Positions 60,392 to 64,000 of a DNA stretch of 64,000 bases are shown here, in pieces. The translations under genes and the position numbers were made by a program. The stretch is taken from assembly GCA_963823665.1 (NCBI GenBank), contig CAWGMQ010000003.1:320001-384000 (forward strand), in the 5' to 3' direction. Source of the DNA: an uncultured Planctomycetota bacterium (GTDB lineage: Bacteria; Planctomycetota; Planctomycetia; Isosphaerales; Isosphaeraceae). The notes beneath the pieces were generated by a model. That model searched no databases. It had not been told where the DNA came from and saw only the letters and a program-made list of their open reading frames with translations. Positions within the stretch are counted from its first letter, which is position 1, and every line of letters begins with the position of its first letter.

Positions 60392-63006
60392 ATGAATCGA
60401 GCCCGCTTGCTGCTCCGAACCCGATCTCGAGCTCGGTCGCTGCTCTTTTTCCTGCCGATCCTGGCGAGCGCGGCGGCAACAGGCTGCCAGAAGGCGCAAG
60501 CCGATCGAAGCGCTTTCGCCAAGGCCGACACGATCGCGGCGTACGACTTGCCGGTTACACGCACCATCACCGACTACGCACAGTTTCCAGGCCAGACTGA
60601 CGCGATCATCTCCGTGCCCGTGACGTCGCGCGTTACCGGATACATGACGGAGGTCCATTTCAAAGACGGCGACATGATCAAGGAAGGAGCCCTGCTGTTC
60701 AAGATTGACGACCGCCAGTACAAAGCCGATCTCGAGCGCAACGAGGGGAACAAGGACCAGATCGAGGCACATACAAATCGGCTCGAGAAAGAGTATCGAC
60801 GAGCCAAGACGTTGCTCGCTCGCGGGCAGATCAGTCAGGAAGAGCACGATCGCTATGAATCGGACTTCAGGGAAACCGAAGCGAACCTCAAGCTGGCCAA
60901 GGCCAACTACGACCTTTCGAAACTCAATTACGAGTGGTGTGAAGTGCGGGCGAGCGCGTCGGGACGGCTCTCCCGGCGGATGGTCGACCCTGGAAATCTG
61001 GTGAAGGCGGACGACACGGTCCTCACGTCGATCGTCAGCCTCGATCCGATGTATGTGTATTTCTTCGTGAACGAGCAGGTGATGAAACAGATCCGGCAAC
61101 GGCTCGAGCAGCAGGCCGCCGCGGCCGCAGCCTCGCTCAAAGAAGTTCCGGTGCAGATCAGCTTTTCCGATGAAGGGGATGACGAGTTTCCGCACCGGGG
61201 CATCGTCGACTTCACCGACAACAAGGAAGTCAACGAGAGCCGCACGCTGCGGTTCAGGGCCAAGCTCGACAACAAGGACCATTTCATCGTACCCGGCATG
61301 GTTGTGCGGGTGCGACTGCCGATCGGGGAGCCGCATCCGGCGGTCTTCATCCGGGAGCGTGCGCTCGTGACCGACCAGGGAGAGAAGGGCGTCTACGTCA
61401 TCCGTGAACGCGACGAACAGGGAAAACCGTTCCCGAACGACGTGGACACGAAGGGACAATTGGTCTTCAACGACCAGAAGGCGCTTGTGCAGCGCGCGTT
61501 CTGGTTGAAGGTTGGCAACCCCGGCGTGCCGCATGACGGGCTCGTGGAGATCAAGGAAGGCGTGCGGGCGGGCGACTGGGTGGTGGTCAGCGGGATGCAG
61601 CGTCTCAAGAACGACAAGATGGTGCAGGCGGAAAAGTACTCGCAAAGCGGTCCGGCGAGCAAGCCGACGCCAGAGACAGCCGCCAAGACAGCACCGACGG
61701 CCAAACAACAAACAAAGCAGACACAGCCAGCGTCTCCATTCGGGCCGCAGGAGACGTTTGTGGCTTACGACCTGCCGATCGAGGAGACGGTCCAGGACTC
61801 GGAGCGAATCGAGGGAGGGTGCGAAGCGATCTTCTCGGTCGACGTGATGTCACGGGTGTCGGGTTATATGACTGAAGTCAAATTCAAGGACGGCGAACTC
61901 GTCAAAGCGGGCGACCTTCTCGTCAAGATCGACTCCCGGCAGTACAAAGCCGAGCTCGACCGGGCCGAAGGCAACCTGCAGCAGTTGCAGGCCCACAAGG
62001 TGCGCCTCGAGAAGGAGTATCACCGGGCCAAGAACCTGAGCGAACGCGGGTCGATCAGTCCCGAAGAGTTCGATCGATATGAGTCCGACTTCAGGGAGAC
62101 CGAGGCGAGCGTGAAGGTTTCCAAGGCCAATCGCGACTTAGCCCAGCTCAACTACGACTGGTGCGAAGTGCGGGCGAGCACGACGGGCAGGCTGAGCCGG
62201 CGAATGGTCGACCCTGGAAGCCTGGTCAAGGCAGATTCGTCGGTCCTCACGTCGATCGTGAGCCTCGACCCGATCTACGTCTATTTCGACGTCCACGAGC
62301 TGACGATGCTGCGGATCAAGCACTTGATCCAAGCGGGAAAGATGAGCGCGCGCTCGTTGCGCGGGATTCCAGTCGACATCAGCCTTGCCGATCGATGGGG
62401 ACGACAAGTTTGATCACCGGGGCATCGTCGACTTCACCGACAACAGGGTTGATTACAACCGAGGCACGCTGGCGTTCCGGGCCAAGCTCGAGAACAAGGA
62501 CCATTTGCTGAACCACGGGCTGTTTGTGAGGGTTCGGCTGCCGATCGGCGATGCCCATCGGGCGGTGATGATTCGCGAACGGGCGCTGGTCAGCGAGCAC
62601 AAACTCATCAACGGCGTCCAGGTGCGCGAGAAGGGTGTCTATGTGCTCGTGGATCGGGACGAGAAAGGACAACCGATCAAGGACTCCGGAGACGCCAAAG
62701 GACACGCCGCCACCACGTCGCCGGGTCGTCTGGCAGGAGATCGGCAACCCCGGCGTGGTGCGCGACCGGTTCGTGGAGATCGAACGCGGAGTGCGTCCAG
62801 GCGACTGGGTGGTGGTCAGCGGCATGCAACGACTCAAGAATGACAGGGAGCAAATGGTGAAGGCGGAGAAGTTTGTTGAAGAAACTCCGGTTGAAGAGAG
62901 CACCGGAACAGCGAAACCGACCGCCCCAGCCGAGGTTGAAAACAGCGGCAGAGAGTCACGAGTGATCGATCGAAAACCTTCCCCTTGTCTCGTCCAGACC
63001 AGGTAG
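60392..63006 (+). CDS. RND efflux periplasmic adaptor lipoprotein with two tandem MFP units; frameshifts near 62395 and 62700
   Basis: Lipobox ATGC; two copies of SRV.GYMTEV.FKDG...KID.RQYKA...CEVRAS..GRLSRRMVDPG.LVKAD...HRGIVDFTDN...GDWVVVSGMQRLKND. Confidence 0.85.
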
Positions 63007-63018
63007 CGAGCCCCCACC

Positions 63019-64000
63019 GTGTTTTCTCGCTTCTTCATTGACCGTCCGATCTTCGCGACGGTGCTGTCGATCGCGATCACGCTCGCGCGGCGCGATCGCG
63101 CTCTTATCGCTGCCGATCGCGATGTATCCGCCGATTGCGCCCCCGACGGTGAACGTGACTTGCCAGTATCCGGGGGCGAGCGCGCAGGTTGTCTCCGAGA
63201 CGATTGCCGCGCCGATCGAGCAGCAGGTCAACGGCGTCGAGAACATGATGTACATGTCGTCGCAGTGCACCAACGACGGCAGCTACTACGCTGACGGTGA
63301 CGTTCCGGAACACGGTCGACTTGAACCTGGCGCAGGTGCTGGTGCAGAACCGCGTGGCGCTTGCGATACCGAATCTGCCGGACGTGATCAAGGCGACCGG
63401 GGTGATGACCAAGAAGCAGGCGCCCGACATTCTGCTGGCGATCGGCATCTATTCACCGGACGGGCGGTACGACCAGCTTTACCTGTCGAACTACGCGACG
63501 ATCCAGCTCCAGCCCGTGCTTTCCCGGCTGCCGGGCATCAGCGACGTGAGGATGTTCGGCCAGCGCGATTACAGCATGCGGATCTGGCTGGACCCCGACA
63601 AGCTGGCGGCGAGAAGCATGACGGCCAGCGACGTGGTGATGGCGCTGCGGGAGCAGAACCTCCAGGTCGCGGCCGGCCAGATCGGGCAGTCGCCGACGAT
63701 CAAGGGGCAGCAGACCCAGATCACTCTGACCACGCTGGGACGGCTGAGCGAGATCAAGGATTTCGAGAACGTGATCGTGAAGAGCACGCCCGCGGGGGAG
63801 ATCGTCCGCGTGCGTGATGTGGGGTCGGTCAAGCTGGGAGCCAAGAACGAGGATGTGAGCAGCAGGGTCGACGGGCATCCGATCTCGAACCTCGCCGTCT
63901 TTCAGTTGCCCGACGCCAATGCCCTGGAGACTGCCGACATCGTCAAGGCGAAGATCGAGGAGCTCAAGAAAGCAGTTTCCGCCCGGCGTCGACTACATGA
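63019..64000 (+). CDS. RND efflux permease (HAE1, AcrB/MexF-like), 3' truncated by window edge, frameshifted
   Basis: FSRFFIDRPIFATVLS, YP.IAPP.V.V...YPGASA, PIEQQVNGVENMMYMSS, YSMRIWLDP. Confidence 0.9.

Overview
GC-rich bacterial chromosome segment. Gene content (DUF1501, DUF1570, ECF sigma/Ser-Thr kinase pair, SH3-like+TPR paralogues, small membrane proteins with an 'F-[ST]-[LIV]-x-x-x-M' start) points to Planctomycetota, probably Isosphaeraceae; this is an inference from family recognition, not a database result. About 40 genes, many split by single-base frameshifts that look like long-read consensus errors. No rRNA, tRNA, CRISPR array or intact transposase was seen. Highlights: (1) an RND periplasmic adaptor with two complete AcrA-like units in one lipoprotein; (2) a protein with three RNA-polymerase alpha-CTD-like domains in a decaying patch with MbtH and DUF4058 remnants; (3) an isobutyryl-CoA-mutase-type operon whose B12 domain may be fused to the MeaB GTPase; (4) an ECF sigma with a DSTD motif plus a kinase-TPR protein, near an 82-aa Pro/Asp-rich peptide gene and a putative Fe(II)/2OG oxygenase; (5) a coupled SWIM/DUF6493-like/transglutaminase-esterase operon; (6) a ~113-nt structured RNA upstream of a degenerate NtrC-like regulator; (7) a 112-bp MITE and several REP-like repeats. 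Family names come from motif recognition, and coordinates of frameshifted genes are approximate.
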